Part shown: positions 18,683 to 33,700 of the stretch, one piece after another
Layout: each line of letters opens with the position of its first letter
Numbering within the stretch: the stretch's first letter is position 1
Source: Ylistrum balloti
Taxonomy: Eukaryota
NCBI RefSeq assembly: GCF_031769215.1
Contig: NW_026783060.1
Span: forward strand, 1-64,000
Length of the DNA: 64,000 nucleotides
Direction of reading: 5' to 3'
Notes under the pieces: model-generated
Told to the model about the DNA's origin: nothing
Seen by the model: the letters and a program-made list of their open reading frames with translations, nothing else
Databases searched by the model: none
Translations under genes and position numbers: made by a program

Positions 18683-19033
18683 ATGACTCCGATACTAATT
18701 CTCATTTTGGTGTCAACAATGGTTGCTTTGTCGATGTTCGTCTTTTTGCTCATAAGTATGGCTCTGATATTGATTATGTGTATGGCGACAGGAACTATCA
18801 TTTCTATTCTTCTATTCGCCGCTAATGTGTTACTCCGCGACAGTAACCTGTCGGATCTGAACCTCCCAGATATGACGCAGATATTTGCGATGTTGGGAAA
18901 AGTGAACATTGTTTCTACTACTCAAATGAAAGAACAGTTTTGGAATATTGCTAATCGTAAAAACGTGACTGCTTGTGCGCATACGATATTCAACAGGATG
19001 TACCATACAGTTACATTTTCTTACTTCAAATGA
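18683..19033 (+). CDS. Possible small hydrophobic membrane protein (116 aa), perhaps exon 2 of a two-exon gene
   Basis: ~50 consecutive hydrophobic residues. Good acceptor at 18569-18570 and strong donor AAG|GTAAGT at 17332 upstream. No homology recognised. Confidence 0.3.
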   Translation: MTPILILILVSTMVALSMFVFLLISMALILIMCMATGTIISILLFAANVLLRDSNLSDLNLPDMTQIFAMLGKVNIVSTTQMKEQFWNIANRKNVTACAHTIFNRMYHTVTFSYFK

Positions 19034-20694
19034 TACTGACCATGACCTTGGCTATAGCATTTATCCGCTAAGAAAGATGTGATTTAATCATTACTGTACA
19101 ACCATTTATCCATTGAATCATCAGTCATCTAGCTGATGTAAGTTAATGAAATATAATGATGGATGGGTTTGAGAAAGACTGTATATAGCTCGTGATACAA
19201 TACAGTTACGACAGGTAACTGTGCATGTACGATGCATATCAATAATTGACATTTGGAAATACGTGGAGAAATGGTTTGATATATACTTATTTATTGAAAC
19301 ACTCGTATTCACAACTGAAACTCAAATGTTTTTCATGAATTCTACACATAAAGTAGAATTTGTGATGATTGTGCTTGACTTTATCATTTTAATTTATTGT
19401 ATATTTTGTAATGAATTGTCGTTTGTAGAACTTTGATGTGCTTCTGTAATTAAATATTAAGAAATAAATTAATATATTTATAGTACGACTTTGTTTTTTC
19501 ATTACTATGATCACGAACTTGTAATATAGACCACCCTTAAGTACGTATATGATCAAAATTATAGTACAGTTCCAGTGTTAATCACTATATAATCATCGAG
19601 ATAAATATCGGTCATTAAATTCACTTGCACTTGTATTTAATCTAAATTACAAAACTTTACTTCAAAATAAACCAAACTGCATTCCAACATTTGGTATTCG
19701 TATTTCTTCTTTTTAAGAAAATGTCCAGATTAATGTCGATACAATTCAGTCTTTTTGAACGACTAGGTTCCTCCTTGACTTCTAAGTTTACAAGATCAAA
19801 CACAGATCCTTTCGTTCTTTCTATCCGACACTGGATAATGATTTTCAAACTTTACACACTAATCGTTCAAAAACAGAGAACTATGAGGCCGCTGCTGCTA
19901 AGGCTGGACAAAAGAAGCTTCCAAACAACACTTAGAAGCAACTTCACTCCAGAACACAAATATTAATGATGTACTTCCTTACTTTCTTATTTTTACTAAT
20001 TCTAAATGTCTATAAGTCTAGATGATTTTACAGGGAACACGTAAGTTATTAAAATTACTGTTAAACTATTGTAAAGAATATATAAGTAAATAGCACCTGT
20101 CGATACAAATTTAGAGTTAAATACAGTAGCTCCATATAATGAATTAAACTGCATCACACAGCTGCTTCGTCTAAGACTCGCCCACGGTCAAGGATGCTAA
20201 GGGCCTAAATTTTGAAACACAGGAAGTGACTGAGGAAAAGCAAATTCGATCGCAAGAAATGTCAAAATATGGGGGTAGCACTAGCCCCGTAAGTCAATCA
20301 TTTCGAAATATTCACGTAACTGATAATTTCAAGAGAGTATCTAAATAATAAGTCTAATGAATTGAAATGTGGCATGCCCGTTTCGGCAAAGGCAAACCTC
20401 GAGACTAAAAGTCCACAGCAGTGTCTACCACTTAAACAAAGATGTACAGATGTTTAGCACATTTCCATACAAATAGGCACAGTTGAGTTTAATATGTACT
20501 AACCCAGGTATCGTTTATATTAGTAACAAACCTTTATATATTGTATATATATTATATATTGTGACATTTAAATATATTTATTGAACAATTTCAATGGGAC
20601 TGAGAACAAGTTTTCCAACTTATATTAAGCCCTTTCTCCATAAAGTTTGACAAAACACATAATGACAAGACAAGACGACATGTTTTAAATATAA

Positions 20695-20696
<2 letters not shown>

Positions 20697-20736
<40 letters not shown>
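20697..20736. repeat. (GA)n microsatellite
   Basis: Directly visible. Confidence 0.97.
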
Positions 20737-20738
<2 letters not shown>

Positions 20739-20954
20739 ATATATACAATTTATGTTTATAGATGTAAATCAGTCTATCCTAAACTGGACCACACTACTCT
20801 CGGTTACATTGTACACTTTTCAATGCCTTTCAGCTATACATCATCACATCCCGTGCCTTATCCAATTTTCTCCTGTCATGCGGGTCGGAGTGAGGAGAGA
20901 AATTTAACATTTCATTTTAGGGAGAGTGAGAGAGAAGGAGATATATATATATCA

Positions 20955-21830
20955 AACTCTGTTAGAGTTAAGTATATATTACTGAGTGATTTGACACATT
21001 TTTACATCATATTCAATAGAGAAATTATCACTACCATGTAACAGTAAGTGCAGGTCTAGTTTCCGGTATAGAATTTCTCTCTGATTCGCATAATTATTAC
21101 AAGTGAAGAAGTGGTGGTAGGTGTCGTCAGGGGGATTGGCAGTGACGGTGATCTATTAAATGTGGTCTGAGAAGGTCATTGCTTAAAGTACTAGAATTAT
21201 TTCTCAGTCGAGCATAAAGTATATTAACTCACCAATCAAATAATAAGTTGAAACTGTTACAGGGGTTCGAATGGATATTTTAAAAACCGAATAAGAAGCA
21301 CAGTCTAATTTCAAGGTCGAGTTGGTTCCAAAGTCGGATAGTAGAAGGGAAAAAAAGATAAGTTCGGAAGTTGTAGTCGGAAATTCGACAAGAAATAGTT
21401 TTGTGCATCGCGGAGTTTTCTGACACTAAAGGAGGCAATAAAGAGGATAGATAATTAGGTGTGAGTTTGTTACTTATTTGGTAGAATAGCAGAAGTTTTC
21501 TTCTAGAACGTCGTTCTGATAGCAGTTCTAAACCACTTTCGATATAGAGAGATTCTCTGCTGCTATATGCTGGCAAACCTGTAATAATTCGAGCGGATTC
21601 TAACTGAAGTTTTTCCATTTTGTCTGCGTCACTAAGAGAACACCCACCCCAAACTTCACAACAATACTTTAATAATGGAAGTATGTATGCTTTATAGATT
21701 TTGACTAAAGTTCGTCTATTCAACATGTAATAAAGTTTACGGAGAATACTTACTTGTTTTGATGCATTATTACATGTATTTTCTATGTGTCTACCCCATT
21801 TACAATTTTCATCTAAAAAATACCCGGAGT
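20955..21830 (-). mobile_element. 5'-truncated CR1-group LINE (RT C-terminal and 3' region), decayed
   Basis: LDENCKWGRHIEN..ASKQVSILRKL..TLVKIYKAYILPLLKYCCEVW..LEKLQLESARIITG..LELLSERR..FFPSTIRLWNQL, then a broken HARLR/C-terminal region. Confidence 0.9.
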
Positions 21831-24800
21831 ATACATACATTATTACAATGAAATGGTAACTCACGTTTTTATCGCTTTTAAAAATTTTAATATTGGCACA
21901 CCTTGGATAAAGATGGGGTTTTAAGACGAAATGACTTATCGCTTCGGATGTCTTCAAAAACAGTTGCATTGTTTTCCACGAACACTTTTTGAATACTCAT
22001 TAAAAAAACCAAAGAGTTTAACTTAAAAAGTTAAGACTTTTGAATGTTACCTTTCCGTTTGCTAAAGTATAAGGTGGTTGTACGGCCCCTACTGGGTCAG
22101 GGCCATACGGATTTGTCAATAAGTCTATACTTATATGTCGGGTCAGACGGAGGTGAAATATCTATTTACAATTTGTTGAATGATAATAGGGACATACTCA
22201 CAAAGCCTCGCCTCCAGAGCGTGATAACAAATCTCCAAAACAACTAAATATAGCATCAAGTCTGGTAAGTTCAATGTCAAAGTTACTGATATTATGTAGG
22301 ACAGAACTACGCCATCGGTACCCGAATCAGCTGCTGCCAAGTCCCCGTACGTTACATGTCGTTAGTCAGCTATAAGTTAAACGTCGTCGACACTTGTTGT
22401 CTTTTCCAATACTCAAATTTCTTGATAAAAGTTTAGACAAATCTGATCTCCCGCGTTATGAGTAATATACTCTAAGAAAAAACAATGCCGCGTTTCCATC
22501 TTTTGCCTGAAAAAATAGGGAAGGTAGACCGTGATGTTTGTAATACATTTGTTTTGTTCTTTTGTTTATTTTTTAATGTTTACTTACTTTCGACACTGAC
22601 CTCCCAAGTACCACGTTTTGATCATGGAATATTTGTCAGGTATGTGTATGTTTATTACTCCCATTGGTTCTAACTATCTATCCACGATTTTAATTTTGTC
22701 TTGGTCCTGGTCGATTGTCGGAATTCCTTTCTATAGCCTGTATGTTTTATACAGTTTACAACAGAGAGAACATTTGTGTTCTAACTTGCATATATACTTG
22801 TATGTCAAAGCAATCAAATGTTGTAAACCAAATATTTCCACTCTTTTTCCTCTAACAACTTTACTTCCCCGCATATTTACAATGGCCACCATTACACGGA
22901 TTTTTTCTAGTCGCCATGGTAATCTAACGTCAGTTTACTATTTATCAGGTATAAAGTCTCCGTATAGTAACGGCCATCGAAAATGTTAGTTTATCATTCC
23001 CGGCAAGGTGTATAGAGAATGTTTGACAGCAGTCTGTATAACCCTATAGATACTAGTATTTCTGATTATCAAAACTCCGACAGTTTATTGTTAGGCTTAT
23101 TCAACAGCTAAATTGCACTTGATGACACGCATCGAAATAATCAAACCGGGGAAAATAAAGTTCCACACTTCAATGGATACTAAAAAGCAATTTTATGAAT
23201 TTTCATAAATAATTTTGTTTGTTGCAATAAATAAAATCGCTTATTTAAAAGGTTATTTTCATTTTATGAAATATTTAAGTAAATCTGGAAGTCATTCTAT
23301 CGAATTAATGCACGTGCTAAAATATAGCGACTTTCAGTCACTGCCGACTACAGCCAAAATGCACGTAGCGTGTGTATTCCGACAATGGCAGCGCAGTTGC
23401 AAGATAAAATTACATATGTATTCGCATAACCATTGACGACTTTAATGGCAGTGAATTACTAATGCTAATGTCCAGATAACCACATATCTTAGATATCAGA
23501 TAATTACGCAAATAAACGTATTTCAATAGGGATGAAAAAAGGTGAAACGAGGCGTAAACAAAACGGGTTTCACACGTGTTCGCGGAGGCGAGACGCAGGT
23601 GTACAGTAAACAACATTTATAGGGTCGAACTGTGACGTAGTAATAGTCTGTGTATATATAGTATATGTACGTCTGTTTCTCTAGTCCGGGTATGGTTACC
23701 ATCACAACGCCGCGATCGTAATACAAGACACTTAGCAAAATCGCTGGTTTAATAATACATCGGCGTTAATGGTGACAGTGACGTCATCTGAGGTGAACAC
23801 ACGGTTCCAAATTTTTGGTAGGAAAACATTCCTGTAATACTTGTCCTAAAACATCATTACTATGTACAAGCATGACTGAGTGACGACTTGCCTTACACAG
23901 AATGTTACTTGAAACGAGTTTCGCACCAGGTTAAGATATGCAATGAACAAAGTGAAGTGAGAACTAGACAGACTTACTAAGTACCAATAGGGTGATGCTT
24001 CCTCCAACGATATACTTCTTAGGATGAATAAAATGATAAACAGTATAAAAATAATTCTCTCGTTTCTACCTGTGTAATACAAGATTTACACACCCACTCC
24101 TTCAATAGAGGCACGCACGCGTAGAGACGTGACGTGTCCCTTGACGTCATTGCCTGATACAATGTATATACACGTGTACAAATAGTTAGTAGCTTTGACG
24201 GTTTATATTTTGTATTATTTTTCTATGAAAACCTTTTTTCCAAATCTAGACAGATCAACTTGTCGATTAATTTCAAAATAATAAAAAAATCATGTAATAA
24301 TGCGTCCTTGGTAGTTCACTGTCAACGTCTGAAATTATAATTTTTCAATACACGGTTTCGGAGGAGAAATGAGAGAAAATTACTCGGTAATATGTCTGGG
24401 TGTTGATGGAATATTTAACCCCCGGGGTCACAAAATGTGGTAAAATCCTCGGGTTTGTTACTCCTTGGGAAAAATATCTCCGTCCTCCACTCCATACACA
24501 TGAAAGAGGCTTATAATATACCGAGACCTATTCACCAGGTGACACTGAATAAATGTCAACAAACATTTAATTTGACGGTAAACTTCTGATCCATACAACA
24601 TAATTCTAGGCTCGAACTAAATATTGTGAACACTATTTCGTCCAAACATAAACAATACTTTGAAATATTGGTCGCGCTGATTCGCTCAGTCATCAACAAA
24701 ACCATGGTTCAGACCGACGTTACTCAGGTTTGAAAACAACTGTTTCGTCCAATGTTGAATAAAATACGGTTTCGACAAAAGATTAAGGCACCAGCGACGA

Positions 24801-26689
24801 GTAAACAAAATCATCATTCGAACTCCAGAATAGTTATGCGAAGAAGAAAATGTGACTTTCGGATACGATACAAGAAGAATAAGACCTTTCAGACAGAGTC
24901 CTGAATCCACTATGTATACGTACATATATTGAACACGTATATCGCTCGGAGACATATAAATACAAAAGTAAAATTTCTCTGACGAGCAAAGACATTAAAC
25001 TTTTCCCATGGAGTTCATTTACTGAGAACCACTCTTACATAAATTCCGTATGAATTCGGCCAGTAGTAAAATAGTGATGACGTCATTTAAAATGACGTAA
25101 TAAATAAGATAACAATTTGAATACTTCTGACATTTTATTTCATGTCAATTTAAAGAATTCATAGAGGCAAGACACAATTCATAGAGTGGAATAAAGGATC
25201 AAATCATCTCGTGGTTCTTCAGACCCACCAACGTTAAGAGTACCATTTGTTGTGACAACACTATACAAACCATAATGCTGATGATGTTTAAGTTGGCTGA
25301 CAGGTGTGCAGGAAATGGGAACGGCCAGATTCACATGTGCAAGGAATAAGAACGGTCACAAAGCGTTCCCGTGTGTATGGCTATATTTTCCTGTGACATA
25401 TGTTACCAGATCTCAATTATCCGATATAAACTCAAACATACGGGATTTGGACGATTTATTTTAATGGACGAAAAAATAGTTACATGTCAGAGTATTACCT
25501 CAACAGAAAAAAAAGTTTGGTTACAATAATTAATTAATTAACGAGTTTCTAAAAACCATTGCTTCAGCTTTATGATAGTCATTTTTATAAATGCTTTGAT
25601 TAATCCGTGGCAATATCGCTTGGACCATCCAGACATTTCAAATATTACTGGAATTTGACCCTTAAACATCGCGCAATGTTTTATCACCCCGACCTAGACA
25701 TGAATACTATGTATACCACAGACCCTCGAAGGTCGTGCACTGATTGACCTTCTACCTTATCATAACATACCATATCATGGTTATAAGGACATATCATAAA
25801 AATCCTGTATTTTCACTCTAATTTTTTATTTTATTCCATCAAAACCTTGGTTTCTGGTTCGTGGTGACATTGACTTACATTTGAATGCTTCAACATGTTT
25901 AAAATATTGACCAATACATGATTGTGACACGACCAGAATAATACCAACACTTCTATAATGGGACAACCCTTGCCTACTTCCGCTTGACACTTGTGATAGT
26001 CCTTACCGCACTTGGACAGCAAAATGGATATTTCTGGCAGTATAAACAGGACATATGTCATGGGAATTTCAAAATTCCCAAAAAAGATAAAATTTCAGAA
26101 ATATAAATAACAAATTACACCCATTAGCAACATCACTGAAGTTTGAAGGATGATCAAAGTTTGTTAGTTGCACTTTTGTCATCACGTGTTTAGGTTTGTC
26201 CGATTTACTGACGTCATCAACAACTGCCATCTGAACTTCTTGTATATTTGGCATTATTTAACGGTAACTATTGAAGTGGACCAATCAAATGCAGTGTTAC
26301 ATTTTTAATTCTTACACTTGATATATATATATATGGCAGAGAAAAATTCTTTCTGACTGTTGTTCTTCCAACATTAAAACAAAATATTACATGAAAATAT
26401 GCAACAAAAGAGGTGGTATATCAAAAGTCACCAGCAAAAAAAAGACATACTTCTAAACAATAAAATGTTTTTTTACAATATAAAAAAAGGAATCTGACTT
26501 TTTCAAGTGTGGAGGGAGACCTTTTTTCACTTTGTATGAACATTGAAAATATACATGCTAACAGCACCAAAAATGCTGTTAATCATTTCCCATCACTGAA
26601 GCTGTGAAGTAGAATCCTCATCGTGTCAATCGCAAACAAATTTAGAGACTTTATATGTAGGTACCACTAGATAGTGTGTCAACTGCATG

Positions 26690-27230
26690 TACCGGTTAGA
26701 CAGAGTGTGCCAAGTATACCGTCAAATTAGAGAGTGAACACACTGTAAGTAACGGTTAGACAGAGTGTGCCAAGTATACGGTCAAATTAGAGAGTGTACA
26801 CACTGTAAGTACCGGTTAGACAGAGTGTGCCAAGTATACGGTCAAATTAGAGAGTGTACACACTGTAAGTAGCGGTTAGACAGAACAGGCCAATTGTAGG
26901 TTCAAATTAGAAAGGATACACATTGTATGTACCGTTTAGACAGAACAGGCCAATTGTAGGTTCAAATTAGAGAGGATACACTTTGTAACTACCGTTTAGA
27001 TAGAACAGGCCAATTGTAGGTTCAAATTAGAAAGGATACACATTGTAAGTACCGGTTCAAATTAGAAAGGATACACATTGTAAGTACCGTTTAGACAGAA
27101 CAGGCCAATTGTAGGTTCAAATTAGAGAGGATACACATTGTAAGTACCGTTTAGACAGAGCAGGTCAATTGTAGGTTCAAATTAGAGAGTGTGGACATTG
27201 TTAGTATTGCTAAGACATAGTGTGCCAATT
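26690..27230. repeat. ~60-bp minisatellite, ~9 units, two subtypes
   Basis: CCGGTTAGACAGAGTGTGCCAAGTATACGGTCAAATTAGAGAGTGTACACACTGTAAGTA period 60. Confidence 0.93.
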
Positions 27231-28311
27231 GTAAGTAAGGTGTAAACAGAATTAACCACTTGTTCTGGTTGTAAAATATTTCAAATTAAATGCTATTTGT
27301 GTCAACAAATGCCTTATATGGTCTGATGCTGTTTATTGCATTTGTGAGGGTTCACACATGCAAGGTCTGTAATTGTGAATACAATCTACCCTACAAACAC
27401 TTGTGAAGGACACATGCTGGATGCCTGTTGGTAATACTTAGTATGAGATTCACATCCTTAAAGCTTCAACACCACCACACCATTTTAAATCAGATGAATA
27501 CATTCTATTTTCCTGGTGTAGTTTTATTAAATTTACTAGGATCTCAAATGAAATAAAGCGAGATTTTTTAATATTTCATCAAGAAAAACTGGAATACATC
27601 AATAATTGAGATGTATTGGGAAGTTTCCATTTCAATTAAAAATCAGCAGTGACATCACCAGCATTTATATCATAATGCCATGACATTTACTCTCGTGAGA
27701 TCAAACTCATCACGGATTTTAAAAACAATACAACACTGTCTGTAAAAAGCACAGAACAAGACGTCTTAGATTTTACAAATTAAAAATTAATAGTATTATA
27801 ACATTGAAATGAATACAACTTGTATATCTTGAGTAAATTCAAAAGAGTATATGTCAGATGAGTAAAACCTACACGCAGTTTACAATATAAACTCTACTTC
27901 TCCATCCATAAAAAACCGATGCTCCTCCGACAATCATTTCATCTTGTGACCAAGGCTGAAAACCAACTTTTAGAGTGATATATGCACTCCAATATTTTTT
28001 CTATCAAAGATGGTTCAAATTAGTTATAAAGATAATACATACATCATAAACAGTTCTCGTAGAATTCTAGACTCATGCCTTTATGGGTACAGCATTTTTA
28101 TGAGCTTTTCTAGTGAAAACTGGAAAATGGTTTAAGAACTCTACAATTTCCATATTTACAATGGAATTTCAGTTTACAAAAAGATTGTCCTCAATTTAAT
28201 ATTTAATACAGCACTAAAAAGTATATTACATGTAATACAGAACTAAATGTAAGGTGTACAGCTGGACCACAGGAAAATGTAGCATAATCCTCGTATCCCT
28301 CATTGTCCAAA

Positions 28312-28790
28312 CCTACATATCACCGTCCCCTATATAATTACATTTCACCCTCCCTTACATACCTACATTTCACCCTCCCCTAATACCTACATATCACCCT
28401 CCCCCATGCACCTACATATCACCCTCTCTTACACACCTACATATCACTGTCCCCCATATACCTACATTTCACCCTCCCACATGCACCTACATATCACCCT
28501 CTCTTACACACCTACATATCACCGCCCCCTATATAATTACATTTCACCCTCCCTTATATACCTACATTTCACCCTCCCCTAATACCTACATATCACCCTC
28601 CCCCATGCACCTACATATCACCTTCTCTTACACACCTACATATCACCCTCCCCCATATACCTACATTTCACCCTCCCCCATATACCTACATAAAACCTTC
28701 CCTTTCATATCACTTTCCCCTAAATACCAACACATCAACCTCCTCTATATACATACATATCACCTTTTCCCTACATATACCTCACCATTT
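28312..28790. repeat. ~28-30-bp degenerate C-rich minisatellite (CCTACATATCACCCTCCCC...)
   Basis: Directly visible. Confidence 0.9.
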
Positions 28791-30754
28791 ATTTTCAATC
28801 CAAAAATGATCACATAATTTTTCTCTGACAAACTTTTAGAATGAACTCCATTTAAATGTATACACATTGTGAGTGAGAATGGGATCATGCTACAGATTCC
28901 TGCTACAAGTCCCTGTGCTAAACATGCAGAGATTATGTAACTTGTATACCAATCTGGTTAATAACAGATCTAACATACCATAATTTACTACATTATATTT
29001 TTATCATGATAAAGTTTTTATATATATATATATTGTATTGATAGAATGCTGTTGGATGACTTAGTCAACATAGCAAATGTTCTGTTTCACGAACATTTTC
29101 AGATCTGACGGCCATCTACAGGCAATTATTTTAGTTAAACTTCTTGTTATTAAATAAAGTGATTGGTTGAAGATGGCTGTCAGGTCTGAAAATGTAGGTG
29201 TAACTCGATATTTGCTATGTTGACTGACCTCAAGATACAGCAATTAATTTGTATAATTATCATTTAAAAATCAGTAGGAGTTCAGTTGATATAATACAAC
29301 ACGAAAAAGTTTTGATACAAAGAGTACGTGTATTCTATCAAATAAAATTTGAACAGATATATCAAACCTGAATCAATTTAGATCCATGAAAGGTATAAAA
29401 CGAAAAATTACCTCTATATCTGGAGCAGTCACATTGTTTTAGCATCAGGAAGTATAACAGTATTTAGGAATCTGTTTTAATCAAATTGGTTATACAATAC
29501 TATTTCTACACAAGCATGATAACATATATATCCAGTAACTGAACATTCAATTATATACAGATTAATTAACAAGTGTAATGCTGATAAATACACAGCAGTA
29601 TAAGGCCTTCAGACATATTTACAACTATATACATTAACAACAAAAATAACATTTGCAGACTCTTCGTCCACTACAAAAAGCTTGCAACAACATTGTTAAG
29701 CCTTGCTATGGCTTAAAAAGCATAAATCACATAGTCACACAATAATCTTCTTGGCTTTATCAAGAGATAAAGCCACTTTTAAGCCCACTCTTACTTTGGA
29801 AGGAAATGTGAGAAATATTTCGTTTTACACAAGAGAAGAAAAGACTATGTAAAATTTAATCCGTAGTCATAAAAGTATTCTTTGGCAATAACAAAAAGGG
29901 TAAAGGAGTTGTCTACATACTGGTGTCATTGAAAGCCACTTACTGCTGCTTGATTTGGTCTTTAAAAGTATTGAATCTTGTTCATTTTTCTGTCGGAATA
30001 TTTTGATTGCTCAAAATGCTAAAGAGAATGGACCTAGATAAGAAAATGCAAACCGTAAATCAATTTCTTATCCAAACAATTTGGTTCTAAGCAAAATTTT
30101 GGATGAGTTATGTCTCTAGACCTAAATTTGGATTGTGTTTATGACATCTTAACATTATCATACAGTTCTATCTTGTAATTGTCAGGGTGAGATTTCTCTC
30201 GTTATACCTGGTTAGTGTAGAGTTGATACACAGGAATACTGAACTGACCCTAAATATTGACCTTAACCAGGCAGTCAAAGTGAAAATCAATCTGTCATGA
30301 TTTGAAACACAAAATATGAAGTTTTTAATGTTGAACACACTTTCTCCCCTAAAATGAAAGCTATACTGTAAGAGAAATTGTGTAACCAATGCTTGGTTTT
30401 ATATCAGGTACATGATTATCTTGAATGTATGTTAAACAACCCTTTCTATTATAAGGACAGGACAGGAGTTAAGTCTTGATTGTGTGATTAACACAGTGAC
30501 TTTGATACAGTAAAACATCACTGTATTACATCACACGACGCTGTAGTGAACTGGAGAATCACACGTTACTAGCACATGTGTATATCTCAGGAACAGGCTT
30601 GGGAGCCAGTCTAGCAGCATTAGTATTGTGACCTTGTAAGGATCACCTTGGAATTGAGGTCCTTTCATGTGCTATACATTCTAGCATTCCTCCACTTGCA
30701 TTCATTTGTCACTCACACAATAAATGCTGTTCATGTTTAGATTGAAGGTGTCTG

Positions 30755-33700
30755 TCATACACAAGCCAACCCTGCCTTGTCTTCCTGATAGTCTTTATCA
30801 CGAAGACGCATTGAGACTGCTGCAACAAGGGCGGCACCTTTTCCACTTCCATCATGGGAAAGCATTAACTTGAACTGAAAAACAGAAAAGGTCAAATAAA
30901 GTTAACCACGAATTAAAATTTACATTTTAAAAAATTCTACTTTTTGTTTTTTTATTTCATGGCATAATGGATTGGATAATTCATAAAAGCAAAAAGCAGT
31001 TAAATATCCATAATGAGAAGCATTCCTATACAATCAAGAAATGAGAATCGAAAATAAATCTAGTCATTCAGCCAACAGGATTACCTTTAATCCTGGCTTT
31101 ACAAGTTCCTGTATTTTCAGACACATGAGGTTGTGGAACCGAGGATGGAATCTATAAAGTGAGCCATCAACTGCTATCGTCATCTCTGGCTTATTGAGCT
31201 TGTTAATAAGTGTGGCCAGACCTGTGAAAACAAGTTTAAAGGTCATTAAAGATAAATGGTTAACATGTCATTGTAGGGAAGTTGTCATCAGGTCAGACAC
31301 GGTTTGGAGGACATGATAGATAACAGTATGTTGTCAGTTAGTGGTTTCCAGGTAGAGGGGACGTTTTTGTTAATAAATTGTTTCAAAGTAAGAGGATCAT
31401 TTCTGTAAGTAAATTGTTTCTAGGTAAGAGAGGTCATAAAATATTGTTTCTAGATAAGAGAGGTTGTTTTTGTTAGTAAATTGTTTCTAGATAAGGGAGG
31501 TCGTTTTTGTTAGTATATTGTTTCTAGATAAGGGAGGTCGTTTTTGTTAGTATATTGTTTCTAGATAAGGGAGGTTGTATTGTTAATAAAATGTTTCTAG
31601 GTAAGAGGGGATGTTCTTGTTAGTAAATTGTTTCTAGATAAGGGAGGTCGTTTTTGTTAGTATATTGTTTCTAGATAAGGGAGGTCGTTTTTGTTAGTAA
31701 ATTGTTTCTAGATAAGGGAGGTCGTTTTTGTTAGTATATTGTTTCTAGATAAGGGAGGTCGTTTTTGTTAGTAAATTGTTTCTAGATAAGGGAGGTCGTT
31801 TTTGTTAGTATATTGTTTCTAGATAAGGGAGGTCGTTTTTGTTAGTAAATTGTTTCTAGATAAGGGAGGTCGTTTTTGTTAGTAAATTGTTGCTAGGTAA
31901 GAGGGGACATTTTCACATTAACGTCATGAGTTGGTTATACATCTTCCTTACCTGCTGATGCAAGGAAAGCTGCCCGCGCTGAAACCAATGTACAAATATA
32001 TTTGGCAATTTTGCAGTCCTCTGTTGTATAGTTCTCAATGCCCAATTCATCTAGAACTTGTTTTGTATTAGCGAAAAACTCATCATGATCACTGAAATAG
32101 ATAAATATCACCAGTCAATATTTAAACACTGCACAATCAGAAAAAAATTCCAGATATTGAAAATGAAAACAGCTGTGTCCTGAGGTACCAGCAGTTACAC
32201 AAAATCCAAGACCTCACACATATAGGATTAATTGACTCATGTGGCAAGTTTTAAGATCAGCTCTGGGACTGCTTTCTTAATAGAAGCTTGGAAATAACTG
32301 GAGATTTAAAACAAATAGATATGATCTGAGAAATATTTTCACATCTGATATACAATATTAAGGATCACCTTGATAATTTTCTTTACAATAGATATTTCCC
32401 ACACTATTCAACCAATGATCTAGTTTGACTTGAAGCAGATTCCAGATGAAACTTGTTCGAACTTACCTTTCAATTTCAGATACATATTTTGTGTAGAAAC
32501 GTCCCCTGACAAACAGTTCACACTCGCGGTCAATACTTGTGAAGATAAGTCCCTCCATGGTAAGTCGTTCTAGGGTAAGTCGCACAATCTCACCCATATA
32601 CATCCCAGAAATCATTTTCTCCATACTGAAAACAAACATCATATCAACTCCATCATACCAAACAAAAGACATTTCTCAACCTTGATAGACAGTATACAGC
32701 TTCTTGCTTAATACTAGCCATTGATATGATTATCTTTTACAAAAACATATCAATTGTGAATATATTAAAAAAAAAAAAACATCCAGGGTATTCCAGACTT
32801 CAGAACAAAATTTAAATGAATCTTTCTACGAATTAATTGTATAGCAACGTTTATATCCAAGGTGAGACTTACATCTGTTTTCCAGGATTGATGGAGAAGT
32901 TATCCAGTTCTCTATCATACTCTGTTCGGATAAAGTCCAGACAGCCATTGTCTCCAAACGCTCCCCACTCAGTGTTGATAATAACCTGTAGGAAACATCA
33001 TATGATACATATAGGTTAAGGCTGTACACTGCCTACACTATAACATGGTTATTCCTCATAAGAGTTATCAAATAACAAACATAAAATAAGTACAATTGTA
33101 TAAGAATAGAAAACGTAAAATAACCTGTTAATTTTCTAGTAAATGTATTTATAAATGGTAAATAAGACTACACAGTTAATAACCAGGTAATTCAAGGGAT
33201 GTTTTTAGACCTCTGTGGTTAAAACACAGATAGTAATGAGTACATACATTATCCATCCTTTAATAAACCCAGGGGACCTACAAATAACCTCCGAATCAGA
33301 AGTCAAAGGGTGGGCTTATTACAGGACAAAGAAATAGCACTTCTTGATAATTCTATTGAACATAAATCAAATGAAGGATATGAAAATAAGTCCTAGCCCA
33401 ACCCTAGACATATTTACCTGTTGAGGGTGACAATTATCACCTTCCCATAGTTCAACATTGTCCAGCTGTTCCATGTAACAAGCATTACAACCTGTGCCTG
33501 CAACAACAATAACATCAATAACAATCCACTTCAAAATTAAGTCTATAACACACAGTCAACCTCAACATAATGTCCATAACTCCCAGTCCATCTCACACAA
33601 TGTCCATAACTCACAGTCCATCTCAACATAATGTCCATAACTCCCAGTCCATCTCAACATAATGTCCATAACTCCCAGTCCATCTCAACATAATGTCAAT

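Noticed and set aside
23880-24060. Faint MULE-transposase-like peptide (VPIG*CFLQRYTS)
   Set aside because: Too short and stop-ridden to support.
25831-26254. Minus-strand ORFs with nearby GTAAG donors
   Set aside because: No coherent exon chain or recognisable protein.
30755-30775. Hexokinase C-terminus LACV as a prenylation signal
   Set aside because: Cys is second from the end, not the fourth-from-last position needed for CaaX.
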